Assembly (NCBI GenBank): GCA_007693965.1
Contig: RECQ01000031.1
Span: forward strand, 17,771-81,770
Direction of reading: 5' to 3'
From: Phycisphaeraceae bacterium
GTDB lineage: Bacteria > Planctomycetota > Phycisphaerae > Phycisphaerales > UBA1924
DNA: 64,000 nucleotides
Shown here: positions 31,345-41,373 of the stretch, in pieces
How positions within the stretch are numbered: the stretch's first letter is position 1
How the letters are laid out: every line of letters begins with the position of its first letter
Made by a program: the position numbers and the translations under genes
The notes under the pieces: generated by a model
What the model saw: only the letters and a program-made list of their open reading frames with translations
Told to the model about the DNA's origin: nothing
Databases searched by the model: none

Positions 31345-31375
31345 CTGGCTTTGTTGGCGGGGGGCGCTGTGATGG

Positions 31376-31557
31376 GGATGGAACGCGGAGTGAGACGGAG
31401 TTTTTGAGTGAGACGGAGGGGAGAATGGAGCGGCGTGGATCGGGCGGCGCCGGCGAAATCCAACCCATAGCCTTGGATCAGTCAGGTGCGGATTCCCATA
31501 TTCCTGCCCACACACTTTTCTGACTCCGTCTTCCTCAAAAACTCCGTCTCACTCCGA
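31376..31557. repeat. Family-C inverted-repeat element, copy C1 (upstream of 5-oxoprolinase)
   Basis: Arms ggaacgcggagtgagacggagtttttgagtgagacggagggg and ctgactccgtcttcctcaaaaactccgtctcactccgag are reverse complements. About 100-nt spacer. Confidence 0.7.
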
Positions 31558-31586
31558 GTTCCCCCCTCCCCGGTACGCTGTAAAAC

Positions 31587-34500
31587 GTGACCATTCGAGC
31601 GAGTGAACAGTTCGAGGCGGCGCGACGTTGGCGCATCTGGGTCGACACCGGCGGCACATTCACCGATTGCATCGCGGTCGACCCCGATGGGCGCGAGCGC
31701 CGGGTCAAGACGCTCAGCTCGGGGGTGTTGCGGGCGGTGGTCGAAGATTGGGTCGGGGCGCGGGCGTTGCGGCTGCGCCAGTCGTGGGAGGCGCCGGACG
31801 ATTTCGTGCGCGGCTTTCATTTGCGCACACTGGGCGATGATGGCGGTGTCTCAATCCGCATCACGAGCTTTGACGCCGCCGCAAGCGTGATCGAGGTGGA
31901 AGGCGATGCCAGTGAGCGGGCCTTCGCGCCCGGCGTCGCAGTCGAGGCTGTTTCTGGTGAAGAAGCGCCTGTGCTGGCGGCGCGGCTGGTGACCGGGACT
32001 GCGGCGGGCGCAGCGCTGCCGCCGGTGGATCTGCGCCTGGCGACGACGCGCGGCACGAACGCCCTGCTCGAACGCCGCGGCGCCGTAGTCGCGCTCTTCA
32101 TCACGCGCGGCTTCGCCGATCTGCCGCTCATCGGCGACCAGACCAGGCCCGACCTGTTCGCGCTGGACATCCAGCGTCCGGCGCCGCTGCACGCGCACGT
32201 GGTGGAAGTTTCCGAGCGCCTCGATGCAGCGGGCAAGGTGTTGCGCCGGCTCGACACGGACGCCATGCGGGAGGAAATCGATCGTCTGCTCGGCGCCGGT
32301 GTGCGCGACGCATCAGTCACGCTCATGCACGCCGACATCGAGCCGCGTCACGAGCGGGCCCTGCGCGATCACCTGCTGGAGTGCGGTTTTGAGCGAGTGG
32401 CCATTTCGTCGGACCTGTCGCCCTTTGTGCGCATCGTGCCGCGGCTGCAGACGGCGACTGCGGAGGCGTATCTCGGGCCCGTGGTGTCGAAGCATCTGGA
32501 TTGCGTGCGGGCCGCGGCGAGGGCGGAGAAGACCGATTCGCGTCTGCACGTGATGACCAGCGCCGGCGGCCTGGTGGGCGTCGATTCGTGCCGGGCGTCG
32601 CAGACGCTGCTGAGCGGGCCGGCGGGCGGCGTCGCGGGCGCCGCGGCGGCGGGTTCGCGCAGCGGGTTCGAGCGCGTGATTTCATTCGATATGGGCGGCA
32701 CCAGCACCGATGTGGCCAGATGGGGCGGCGCCTTTCGCTATGTGTATGAGCATCGTGTCGGCGATGCGCACGTGATGGCGCCGGCGCTGGCGATCGAGAC
32801 GGTCGCCGCGGGGGGCGGGTCGATCTGCATGTGGGACGAGCGGCAGCGCCGCCTGCGCGTCGGCCCTGAGAGCGCGGGAGCGGCGCCGGGGCCGGCGTGC
32901 TACGGCGCCGGCGGGCCACTGACCATCACGGATGTGAACCTGCTGCTCGGGCGCATCGATGCGAAGCGCATGCCCATTCCGATCGATGTCGACGCAGCGA
33001 CGGAGGCGGCTGAATCGCTGCGGGCGATCGTCGAGCGCGAAACGGGCGAGGCGCTCACGATCGAGGCGCTGCTCGAAGGGCTCATCGACATCGCCGATGA
33101 GATCATGGCCGAGGCGATCCGGCGCATCAGCGTGCGCGAGGGGCATGATCCTGCCGAGTGCGCCCTGGTGGCCTTCGGGGGCGCGGGCGGCTTGCACGCC
33201 TGCGGCGTGGCGGATCGTTTGGGAATCGAGTCGGTCGTCCTGCCGAAGGACGCCGGGCTGCTGAGCGCTGCGGGCGTCGGCGCCGCGAGGTTGGAGCGGT
33301 TCGCGGAGCGGCAGGCGCTGCGGCCTTTGGATGAGCTTGAGGGCGAGATCGCCGGTGTGGTGCGCGAACTTGAACAGGAAGCGACGGAGCAGGTATGCGA
33401 AGAAGGGGCGGCGCCCGGGGAAGTCTCGATCACACGGCGCATCGTTGGGATGCGATACAAGGGGCAGGAATCGTCGCTCTCCATCGAGTTTGAATCGGGC
33501 CATGAGCTGCGTAAGGCCTTCGAACATGAGCACGAGTCGATCTTCGGGCACACGCTGGAGGACCGGGGTGTGGAGGTGGAGTCGATCCGCGTGGTGGCGT
33601 CGGTGAAGCCGGATGATGCGGCGGACTCCGGAGGCGAATTGAAGCCGCGTGACGCCTCGCCCGACGGGCGCGTGCGGGCCTGCTTCGGCGGCGACTGGTC
33701 GAAGATTCCCATCTTCGATCGCGCGCAACTGGCGCCGGGCGACCGCTTCGACGGCCCCGCCATCGTCTTCGACGCCCACAGCGCCGCCGTTGTCGGCGCC
33801 GGGTGGAAGGCGCAGGAAGATGGGGCCGGCGCGGTCGTGCTGAAACGAACCTCGCAGGATGGGGACGAATCCGCCCGCGCCAGCGCACGCCCCGAGGCGG
33901 TGCGGCTGGAGCTCTTCACCAACCGCCTCCGCGCCATCGCGGCGGAGATGGGCGAGATGCTGCGCCGCACCGCACTCTCCACCAACGTCAAGGAGCGCAT
34001 GGATTTTTCCTGCGCCCTGCTCGACGCCGATGGACGTCTGGTTGTCAACGCGCCGCACATTCCTGTGCATCTCGGCGCGATGGGCGTCTGCGTGCGCCGC
34101 GTGCGCGAGGCGCTGGAGATCCGGCCCGGCGACTGCATCGTCACCAACCACCCGGCCTTCGGCGGCTCGCACCTGCCCGATGTGACCGTGCTGATGGGCG
34201 TCTTCGATGATGATGCGTTGCTCGGGTACGTCGCGGCGCGGGCCCACCACGCCGAGATCGGCGGCGTGACGCCCGGCTCGATGCCGCCGATGGCGAAGCG
34301 GCTGGCGGAAGAAGGCGTGGTCATCAACCCGATGCGCCTGATCGACGGCGGAACCAGCCGTTTCGATGAGCTGCGAAAGCTGCTCACGTCCGCGACGCAT
34401 CCCAGCCGATCGCCGGAGGAGAACATCGCCGATGTCGGCGCCGCCGTGGCGGCGTGCCGGAGGGGCGCCGAGTCGCTCCGCGCCATGGCGCGGGCCCACG

Positions 34501-35447
34501 GTGTCGACGCCCTGCACGATTCGATGGGCAAGCTCGCCAGGCAGGCCGAATCGCAGCTCCGCGATGCGCTGCGCCGCCTCGGCGACGGCGTTCACGAAGC
34601 AGAGGAACGGATGGACGATGGATCGCCCGTGCGGGTACGCATCGAGATCGCGGATGGCGCCGCCACAATTGATTTCGCAGGCTCATCGCCGGTTCACCCG
34701 GGGAATCTGAACGCGACGGAGGCGATCGTGCGCAGCGCTGTCATCTACGCCCTGCGTCTGCTGGTGCGCGAGGATCTGCCGTTGAACGAGGGGCTCATGA
34801 ACGCCGCGAGCGTGCGCATTCCGACGGGCATGCTGAATCCCGACTTCGATGAAGACCCGGAGAAGGCGCCCGCGGTCGCCGGGGGCAATGTCGAGACCAG
34901 CCAGCGGATCGTCGATGTGCTGCTCAAGGCGCTGAAGCTCGCCGCGGGCAGCCAGGGGACGATGAACAACGTGCTCTTCGGCAATGAGCGATATGGACAC
35001 TACGAAACCATCTGCGGCGGGGCGGGGGCGGGGCCTGACTTCAACGGCGCCTCGGCCGTGCAGACGCACATGACCAACACGCGCATCACCGACGCCGAAC
35101 TGCTGGAGCGTCGATACCCGGTGCGGGTGGAGCGATTCGCAATTCGCAGTGGATCCGGAGGCGCGGGGCGCCACGGCGGCGGCGACGGGGCCGTGCGCGA
35201 GATCGTCTTCCTTGAACCGGTGACGCTCTCCGTGCTCACGCAGCGCCGAACCGAGCGGCCCTACGGCATGGAAGGCGCCGAGGCAGGTTCAGCCGGGCGG
35301 CAGCGCATCGTGCGCGCATCCGGAGAGGAAGTCGAACTCGCCTCGATCGACGGCTGTGAAATGCAGGCAGGCGACCGCCTCATCATCGAAACGCCTGGCG
35401 GCGGGGGATGGGGGCATGATGTCAGGCGCAGGGAGAACGCGGAGTGA
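31587..35447 (+). CDS. 5-oxoprolinase (ATP-hydrolysing), fused hydantoinase A/B type (HyuA-HyuB)
   Basis: 1286 aa. N-terminal hydantoinase/oxoprolinase N domain (WRIWVDTGGTFTDC), hydantoinase A region (ISFDMGGTSTD), C-terminal hydantoinase B region. GTG start. Confidence 0.9.
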   Translation: MTIRASEQFEAARRWRIWVDTGGTFTDCIAVDPDGRERRVKTLSSGVLRAVVEDWVGARALRLRQSWEAPDDFVRGFHLRTLGDDGGVSIRITSFDAAASVIEVEGDASERAFAPGVAVEAVSGEEAPVLAARLVTGTAAGAALPPVDLRLATTRGTNALLERRGAVVALFITRGFADLPLIGDQTRPDLFALDIQRPAPLHAHVVEVSERLDAAGKVLRRLDTDAMREEIDRLLGAGVRDASVTLMHADIEPRHERALRDHLLECGFERVAISSDLSPFVRIVPRLQTATAEAYLGPVVSKHLDCVRAAARAEKTDSRLHVMTSAGGLVGVDSCRASQTLLSGPAGGVAGAAAAGSRSGFERVISFDMGGTSTDVARWGGAFRYVYEHRVGDAHVMAPALAIETVAAGGGSICMWDERQRRLRVGPESAGAAPGPACYGAGGPLTITDVNLLLGRIDAKRMPIPIDVDAATEAAESLRAIVERETGEALTIEALLEGLIDIADEIMAEAIRRISVREGHDPAECALVAFGGAGGLHACGVADRLGIESVVLPKDAGLLSAAGVGAARLERFAERQALRPLDELEGEIAGVVRELEQEATEQVCEEGAAPGEVSITRRIVGMRYKGQESSLSIEFESGHELRKAFEHEHESIFGHTLEDRGVEVESIRVVASVKPDDAADSGGELKPRDASPDGRVRACFGGDWSKIPIFDRAQLAPGDRFDGPAIVFDAHSAAVVGAGWKAQEDGAGAVVLKRTSQDGDESARASARPEAVRLELFTNRLRAIAAEMGEMLRRTALSTNVKERMDFSCALLDADGRLVVNAPHIPVHLGAMGVCVRRVREALEIRPGDCIVTNHPAFGGSHLPDVTVLMGVFDDDALLGYVAARAHHAEIGGVTPGSMPPMAKRLAEEGVVINPMRLIDGGTSRFDELRKLLTSATHPSRSPEENIADVGAAVAACRRGAESLRAMARAHGVDALHDSMGKLARQAESQLRDALRRLGDGVHEAEERMDDGSPVRVRIEIADGAATIDFAGSSPVHPGNLNATEAIVRSAVIYALRLLVREDLPLNEGLMNAASVRIPTGMLNPDFDEDPEKAPAVAGGNVETSQRIVDVLLKALKLAAGSQGTMNNVLFGNERYGHYETICGGAGAGPDFNGASAVQTHMTNTRITDAELLERRYPVRVERFAIRSGSGGAGRHGGGDGAVREIVFLEPVTLSVLTQRRTERPYGMEGAEAGSAGRQRIVRASGEEVELASIDGCEMQAGDRLIIETPGGGGWGHDVRRRENAE

Positions 35448-35612
35448 GACGGAGTTTCTGAGGAAGACGGAGTGGGGATTTGTGGGCAGTGAATCGGGAG
35501 CGGCTGAGGCGACTCTGGATCTTCAGTGCGAAATCGTGCGGTGGTGGATTTCCACTGCCCCAATCTCTCCTTTCCGACTCCGTCTCACTCACAAACTCTG
35601 TTTCACTCCGCG
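35431..35612. repeat. Family-C inverted-repeat element, copy C2, in opposite orientation to C1. Overlaps and supplies the last codons and stop of the 5-oxoprolinase gene.
   Basis: Arms agggagaacgcggagtgagacggagtttctgaggaagacggagtgggg and ccgactccgtctcactcacaaactctgtttcactccgcgttcc. The spacer has a tgtgggcag-gaat motif shared with C1 in reverse. Confidence 0.7.
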
Positions 35613-36151
35613 TTCCTCTTCGACTTCAGGGCGCCATCATCAGTCAACCGCTCGCCAAAAAGCGAGGCCACGGCGTCCTCCAGACGGCGGAGGCGTGATT
35701 CGTTGGGCGCATCTGTGTTGAGCACGTGGATGCGCATGCGCTGCTCATTCAGGCCGATGCCGGCGGTTCCGGGAAGCAGGCTGACCGTCCAGATTAAGAA
35801 GACTCGCGCCGGTTCGCGTTTCAGCCGCAGGTCCATCTCAAAGACGCCGGGCGAGATCGGCAGCTTCGGCGAGAGCGCGCGCCGGGCAACATCCGTCCCG
35901 CCCATGAGCGACTGCCACAGGAAGTAGGGCGCGAAGGTGATCAGGCCCGCCGGGCGCCATGCCCACGTCTGCGGCGGCCACATGAGAAAACTCGCCGCCG
36001 TCGCGGCGCAGACGCTGACGACCACCAGTGGCCATTCATTCAGAAATTCCCTGCCCGCCAGAGCCGCCCACAACAGAAAAAAGATGAGCGTTCTTCCGAC
36101 GAGGGCTCGGAGGAAGAGCAGGGGTGTCCATGGTGTGGCGGTGGTGGTCAT
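35603..36151 (-). CDS. mrpE: Na+/H+ antiporter subunit E (MrpE/MnhE)
   Basis: 182 aa with the typical MnhE hydrophobic N-terminal half. Last gene of the Mrp cluster. Confidence 0.7.
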   Translation of the reverse strand: MTTTATPWTPLLFLRALVGRTLIFFLLWAALAGREFLNEWPLVVVSVCAATAASFLMWPPQTWAWRPAGLITFAPYFLWQSLMGGTDVARRALSPKLPISPGVFEMDLRLKREPARVFLIWTVSLLPGTAGIGLNEQRMRIHVLNTDAPNESRLRRLEDAVASLFGERLTDDGALKSKRNAE

Positions 36152-36178
36152 GGGCGAGATGGTGTTGAGCGGTTGCTG

Positions 36179-37945
36179 TCAGAGTATGATCATTGCCGCC
36201 AGCGTGATGACGATCATGACGAAGACGGCGCCGGCGACGGGCCAGGTCTTCATCGCGCGTTCGATGTTCGTCAGCGTCTCGCCGCGTCGGCTTTGTTCGA
36301 TGGAATCGAGGACGAGGGGGACGAAGTCGAGCTTCCATCTGGCCGGGCCCGGCAGGCGTGTGCGTCGCCCCGCCGCAACTGTGGCGCGGCTGGCCAGCGT
36401 GTAGAGCGACAGCAGATCTCCGGCCGGCGCGGCGGGCGCCTTCGGCAAGGACCTGGCAAGGCGCATCGTGATGGCGAGGACCAACACGCCGAGGGCGATG
36501 GGCCAGAGCGCCGCCAGCGCATCGCCGGCGCTCAATGATGGGATTGTGGGCTGCGGCGCATCGGTCATCGGTTCGGTCGGCGGCGCGATGAGCCACGCCG
36601 CGGCGGCGGCGCCGAGCGTGAGCGTGAGCCACGGCGCCGCCATCCATGGGCTCAGGCGCACTGCGGACTTCCCTTCGTTGGTGCGCATGGCGCCCGCCAT
36701 GACGAGGATGAACTTGCCGAGCACAACCGTGGTCATAATGGCGGTGAGCGGAATCAGCAGCGCCAGCGCATCGCCCGAGGGCGATTCCGGTCCCGCGGCG
36801 GCGGCTTTGAGCGATTTCTTGGCGATGGCGCCGCCGAGCGGCGGGGCGCCGGCGATCGTCAGCGCCGCGAGGGCGAGGCCCATCATCGTCATTCGCCGCA
36901 GCATGTCGCGGCCCGCCGCCTGTTTCGCCACAGCGACACCGAGGAAGAGGGCGCCCTTGGCGAATCCGTGGCTGCAGGCGTAGATGGCGAGTGCGCCGAG
37001 GATGAGAGGCCAGCGGTCCGGCGCCATGAGTCCGGCGCCGATGGCGACGACCATCACGCTCATCTGGCTCACGCTGGAATATGCGAGGATGGTCTTCGGG
37101 TCGCGCTGCAGCGCGCCGTAGATCGCCGCTCCGAAAGCGCCGAGCAGGCCGAGCGTGACGACGAGCGGCGCGATGGCCGGCGCGGGCGACCACCCGAGTG
37201 GGAGCATGACGATCCACCCGAAGAGACCGGCCTTGATCATGGCGCCGCTGAGCACGGCGCTGGCTGGGGTCGGCGCTACGGGATGAGCCAAGGGCAGCCA
37301 GACATGCACCGGGATTGCGCCGGCTTTCACGCCGAGACCGAAGAAGAGGAGCGCGGTGATGAGCTCCTGGTTCGGAGCTGCGGCGACACCGGAAGCGAAG
37401 TCCGCCATGTCGATGCCGGCGCCTGCTGCGACTGCGAAAATCAACCCTGCGAGCAGCAGCAGCTCACCGAGGATCGACATGACGATGTAGACGCGACCGG
37501 CCCGGCGTGGTCCGGCGCCTCGTTCATGCACCACCAGCCCGTAGGCGGCGAAGGTCATGAGGGCGAAAAAGCAGTAGAAGGCGCCGACGTCGCGCGCGAG
37601 CAGCAGGCCGAAGTTGCCGGTCATGCTGAGCAGGAAGAAGAAGAAATAGGCGGAGCGACGGGGATCGGACCGCATGGTTGAGGCGGAGTAGAGGCCGCAG
37701 GCCATCCACAGAGCGCCTGTGAAGATCAGAAAAATGCGGGAGACCGGGTCGACGCCGAACGTCGCGCCGAGGAGCATCCAGGCGACATCGTGCTCCATGG
37801 TGGACGCGAAGAGTCCGAGCAGGAGCGCCGGGGCGGCGGCGACGGCGCACACAACGCCCGATGCGCGCGCGCCGATGAATCGGGAGAAGACCGCGAGCGA
37901 CCCGATCGCAGGGAGCAGGATGGCGAGCGTGAGGAGGTGGTTCAT
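36179..37945 (-). CDS. NuoL/M/N-like proton-pumping antiporter subunit (MrpA/MrpD family), copy 3
   Basis: 588 aa, about 14 TM. Conserved antiporter-module residues (LPLAHPVAPTPASAVLSGAMIKAGLFG). Confidence 0.8.
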   Translation of the reverse strand: MNHLLTLAILLPAIGSLAVFSRFIGARASGVVCAVAAAPALLLGLFASTMEHDVAWMLLGATFGVDPVSRIFLIFTGALWMACGLYSASTMRSDPRRSAYFFFFLLSMTGNFGLLLARDVGAFYCFFALMTFAAYGLVVHERGAGPRRAGRVYIVMSILGELLLLAGLIFAVAAGAGIDMADFASGVAAAPNQELITALLFFGLGVKAGAIPVHVWLPLAHPVAPTPASAVLSGAMIKAGLFGWIVMLPLGWSPAPAIAPLVVTLGLLGAFGAAIYGALQRDPKTILAYSSVSQMSVMVVAIGAGLMAPDRWPLILGALAIYACSHGFAKGALFLGVAVAKQAAGRDMLRRMTMMGLALAALTIAGAPPLGGAIAKKSLKAAAAGPESPSGDALALLIPLTAIMTTVVLGKFILVMAGAMRTNEGKSAVRLSPWMAAPWLTLTLGAAAAAWLIAPPTEPMTDAPQPTIPSLSAGDALAALWPIALGVLVLAITMRLARSLPKAPAAPAGDLLSLYTLASRATVAAGRRTRLPGPARWKLDFVPLVLDSIEQSRRGETLTNIERAMKTWPVAGAVFVMIVITLAAMIIL

Positions 37946-37967
37946 CGGCGGCGGACGGATTGCGTGA

Positions 37968-39479
37968 TCATTCGGTGATGTACAGAGTCTCGGCGATGAT
38001 GCGGGCCATATTGAGCGGGCTGAGGGACCAGGAAGCGAGCAGGCCGAAGAGAATCGAGCACAGCGCAGTGACGATCATCGGTACGAGGAGCGATTCGTGG
38101 GCCTCGCGCCGCCCGGCGCCCGTGGAGGCCTCGAGCGCGAAGCGGCGCTCTTCTCCGAACCACATCGAGCGAACGATGGGAAGGAAATACGCCGCGTTGA
38201 GAGCGCTGCTGATGAGCAGGACGAGGATGACCCACTCCTGCCCCGCCTGCGCGCTTCCCACGCCGATGTGCCACTTGCTGATGAAGCCCGCCGTCGGCGG
38301 CGCCCCGATCATGCCGAAGGCGCCGATGGTGAAGCAAGCGCAGGTGACGGGCATGCGCCGGGCCAGTCCACTCATCTCGCTTACGCGGGTCATGCCCATC
38401 GTGATCTGGATGGCGCCGGCGCAGAAGAAGAGTGTGATCTTCATGACGCCCTGATGGATGAGGTGAACGAGGCTGCCGGTGGTGCTCATCAGGCCCGGGA
38501 TGGTGGCGCCGAGGGTGATATAGGAAAGCTGGCTCACGGTTGAATAGGCGAGGCGCTTCTTCAGCTCATCCTGACCGAGGGCCCGAAGCGACCCATAGAT
38601 GATGGTGATGGCGGCGACGACCGCCAGCGGGGTGAGCACGCCGAGGGTGGCGCTGAAGGCGATGCCGTAGACATCGTAGATCACGCGCACGATCCCAAAT
38701 GCGCCCGCCTTCACCACGGCGACGGCGTGCAGCAGCGCGCTCACCGGCGCCGGGGCGATCATCGCCACCGGCAGCCATCCGTGCAGCGGCACAAGGGAGG
38801 CTTTCACGCCCAGCCCCAACATCATGATGGCGAAGATGGCGATGAGTTCGATGGGATGATCGTCAACCAGTCCGGCCACCACGCCGCCGGGTGTGAAATC
38901 GACCGGACCGGTCAGCACATAGAGCCACACGATTCCGATGAAGAGCACCGATCCGCCGGTGAGCGTGTACCAGATGTAGGTGCGTCCCGCGGCGACGGCC
39001 CGTTCGGTCCCCTTGTGAACGACGAGAGGATAGGTCGCGAGTGTGAGAAATTCGTAGAAGATGAAGAAGGTGATCAGGTTGCCCGCGATCGCCACGCCCA
39101 CACTCGCCGTCACGCACAGGCTGAAAAAGCCGAAGAAGCGGTTGAGGTTCTCTGAGCCCTTCATGTAGCCGACAGCGTAGAGGGTGGTGAGGAACCACAG
39201 GGCGGTGGAGAGCGCGGTCAGCAGGAGCGAGAGGGCGTCGATGCGCAGCAGAAAGTCGAATCCCAGCGCGATCGAGAACCGCATCTCGAACGACTCGCCG
39301 CTGAAGAAGCCCTCCATCACCGCGACGACCAGCGCCACCTTCACCGCCGCGGCCAGCATGTTCATCCAGGCTCGCAGGTTCGCGTGCGTTTCCTTCAGAA
39401 AAAACGTGGCGACGCCGGTGATGAAGCTGGTGGCGAGGATCGCGGGGAGGATCCAGAATGTGTAGTCGATGGCGGGCAT
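37968..39479 (-). CDS. NuoL/M/N-like antiporter subunit (MrpD family), copy 2
   Basis: 503 aa. WLPVAMIAPAPVSALLHAVAVVKAGAFGIVR motif. Confidence 0.8.
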   Translation of the reverse strand: MPAIDYTFWILPAILATSFITGVATFFLKETHANLRAWMNMLAAAVKVALVVAVMEGFFSGESFEMRFSIALGFDFLLRIDALSLLLTALSTALWFLTTLYAVGYMKGSENLNRFFGFFSLCVTASVGVAIAGNLITFFIFYEFLTLATYPLVVHKGTERAVAAGRTYIWYTLTGGSVLFIGIVWLYVLTGPVDFTPGGVVAGLVDDHPIELIAIFAIMMLGLGVKASLVPLHGWLPVAMIAPAPVSALLHAVAVVKAGAFGIVRVIYDVYGIAFSATLGVLTPLAVVAAITIIYGSLRALGQDELKKRLAYSTVSQLSYITLGATIPGLMSTTGSLVHLIHQGVMKITLFFCAGAIQITMGMTRVSEMSGLARRMPVTCACFTIGAFGMIGAPPTAGFISKWHIGVGSAQAGQEWVILVLLISSALNAAYFLPIVRSMWFGEERRFALEASTGAGRREAHESLLVPMIVTALCSILFGLLASWSLSPLNMARIIAETLYITE

Positions 39480-39482
39480 GGG

Positions 39483-40982
39483 TCAGGGGAGATCGAATAT
39501 CGGGAAGGGATCGCCGATGACGAGCAGTTGGAAGGGCTCTTCAAGACGGAAGCCGACCAGGACGGAGAGCAGCGCCAGCGCCAGGGCCGCCAGTTGTATG
39601 GGCATGTTCGCCGGTCGAAGCTGGATCGGCGCATCCTCAGAAATGAAGGCCCATCGCAGCATGAGGAAGATGTAGCCGGCGGTGAGCAGGCCTCCGATCA
39701 GAATCACAAGGACCCACCACCACTGCCCGGCGCCGAGGGCCGCGGTTACGATGAGCCACTTGGCGGCGAAGCCGCCGCTGGGCGGCAGCCCCATCAGGCT
39801 CACGCCCGCGATGGCGAGGGCGAAGGTGGTGATGGGAAGTCGGCGCGACATGCCGCGCATGTTGGTGAGCAGATCGGAGCCGTAGACATGCAGCACCACG
39901 CCGGCGCCGAGGAACATGGCGGCCTTGGCGAGTGCATGTGAGAGTGCGTGGTAGGAAACGCCGGTGCACGCCTCCGTGATCCATCCCGCCGCCGCCAGCT
40001 CACCCGATGGCCTGCGTGCGGTGAGCGGGAAGATCAGAAAGAGATAGCCGATCTGGGCAACCGTTGAATGGGCAATGAGCAGCTTCAGCGACATCTGGCG
40101 CAGCGCCTGGAAGGCGCCCCAGATGATCGCAGCGCTCCCGAGCGTCCCGAGCAGTATGCCCACTGCATACATTGCCGGACCATCGAAGACACCGAACCAC
40201 AGGCGCAGCAGCACATAGAACGACGCCTTCACAACCAGCGCGGACAAGATGGCGCTCACCGGAGCTGCGGCCTTGGAGTGGGCCGGCGGCAGCCAGAAGT
40301 GCATGGGAAACAGGGCGGTCTTGAGGGCCAGGCCCGTCGCCATCAATGCGAATGCGCCGACCTCGGGCAGCCCGGCCCGTTCCTGATCGGCGATGATGAC
40401 AAGGTCAAGCGCGCCGTGGGTCGCATAGAGCAGGGCGACGCCCATCAGGTAGCTGAGCGAGCCGAGGAAGGCCGCCAGCAGGTAGCGCATCGCCGCCACC
40501 AGGGCCTCGGCCTTGCCGGAGAGCGTGATGAGGGCAACGGCGGCGAGCGTGATCACCTCCAGCGCCACATAGATGTTGAAGATGTCCGAGGAGAGGTAGA
40601 TCGCGTTGAGCGATCCCCACAGAATCAGCCACAGCGGCCAGAAGAGGCGGCGCTCGGCGGGCTCGGTGGCGTCGGACAGATCTGAATAATGCCACAGCGC
40701 ATACGCTCCGATCAGCGACCCGACGACGCCGGTCATGACAATCATGAAGACACTGAAGCCGTCCGCGGCGAGTCCGATGCCCAGCGGCGCCGGCCAGCCG
40801 CTGAGATCCATACGCTGAGCGCCCGAATTCCAGACCTGCGATGTGAGCATCCACACCGATGCAAGCGTGGCGCCGATCGCGCCGATTGCGATCGGTCGCC
40901 GCCAGACCCGGCCGGGCAGCAGGAAAGCCAGCGATGCGCCGATGAAAGGCGCCAGGATGCACCACGCCATGGGCTCGATCAT
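39483..40982 (-). CDS. NuoL/M/N-like antiporter subunit (MrpA-N/MrpD family), copy 1
   Basis: 499 aa. WLPPAHSKAAAPVSAILSALVVKASFYVLLR motif. Confidence 0.8.
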   Translation of the reverse strand: MIEPMAWCILAPFIGASLAFLLPGRVWRRPIAIGAIGATLASVWMLTSQVWNSGAQRMDLSGWPAPLGIGLAADGFSVFMIVMTGVVGSLIGAYALWHYSDLSDATEPAERRLFWPLWLILWGSLNAIYLSSDIFNIYVALEVITLAAVALITLSGKAEALVAAMRYLLAAFLGSLSYLMGVALLYATHGALDLVIIADQERAGLPEVGAFALMATGLALKTALFPMHFWLPPAHSKAAAPVSAILSALVVKASFYVLLRLWFGVFDGPAMYAVGILLGTLGSAAIIWGAFQALRQMSLKLLIAHSTVAQIGYLFLIFPLTARRPSGELAAAGWITEACTGVSYHALSHALAKAAMFLGAGVVLHVYGSDLLTNMRGMSRRLPITTFALAIAGVSLMGLPPSGGFAAKWLIVTAALGAGQWWWVLVILIGGLLTAGYIFLMLRWAFISEDAPIQLRPANMPIQLAALALALLSVLVGFRLEEPFQLLVIGDPFPIFDLP

Positions 40983-41353
40983 GAGTTGTCATCCCCCGGC
41001 TCGAGGCGCATCTCTCCGGTGATGGAATGGATCCGCCGCGCCAGCGCCAGCGCGAAGGCGCTGGCGGCGAGCGCGACCACGATTCCGGTGAGCGTCATCG
41101 CGTGCGGCACGGGATCGGGTCCGGACTCGCCGGCGTCGCGCCGGGCCACGGCGACGAGGAAGAGAAAGACGCCGCCGCCCATCACGTTGAGCGACATGAC
41201 ATTGCGCATCAGGTGGCCGCGCGTGATCAGGCCGAAGAGGCCAATGCAGAAGAGCAGGCACGCGGTGAGCATGTACACAAGATGGCTTGTGAGCACGGGG
41301 GTTTCGGGCGTCGCCGCGCCCGCCGCGCTCGCAACGCCGAAGCAAACGCTCAT
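40979..41353 (-). CDS. mrpC: Na+/H+ antiporter subunit C (MrpC/MnhC, NuoK-like)
   Basis: About 124-aa, 3-TM protein. Start at internal ATG (MSVCFG); the arginine-rich N-terminal extension in the track is non-coding-like. Confidence 0.65.
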   Translation of the reverse strand: MSVCFGVASAAGAATPETPVLTSHLVYMLTACLLFCIGLFGLITRGHLMRNVMSLNVMGGGVFLFLVAVARRDAGESGPDPVPHAMTLTGIVVALAASAFALALARRIHSITGEMRLEPGDDNS

Positions 41354-41373
41354 GTAACCGCATGAGAGCAGCG

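Noticed and set aside
32682-34595. 637-aa and 543-aa minus-strand ORFs inside the 5-oxoprolinase gene
   Set aside because: They overlap a 1286-aa CDS with clear hydantoinase A/B homology. No recognisable domains on the antisense strand.
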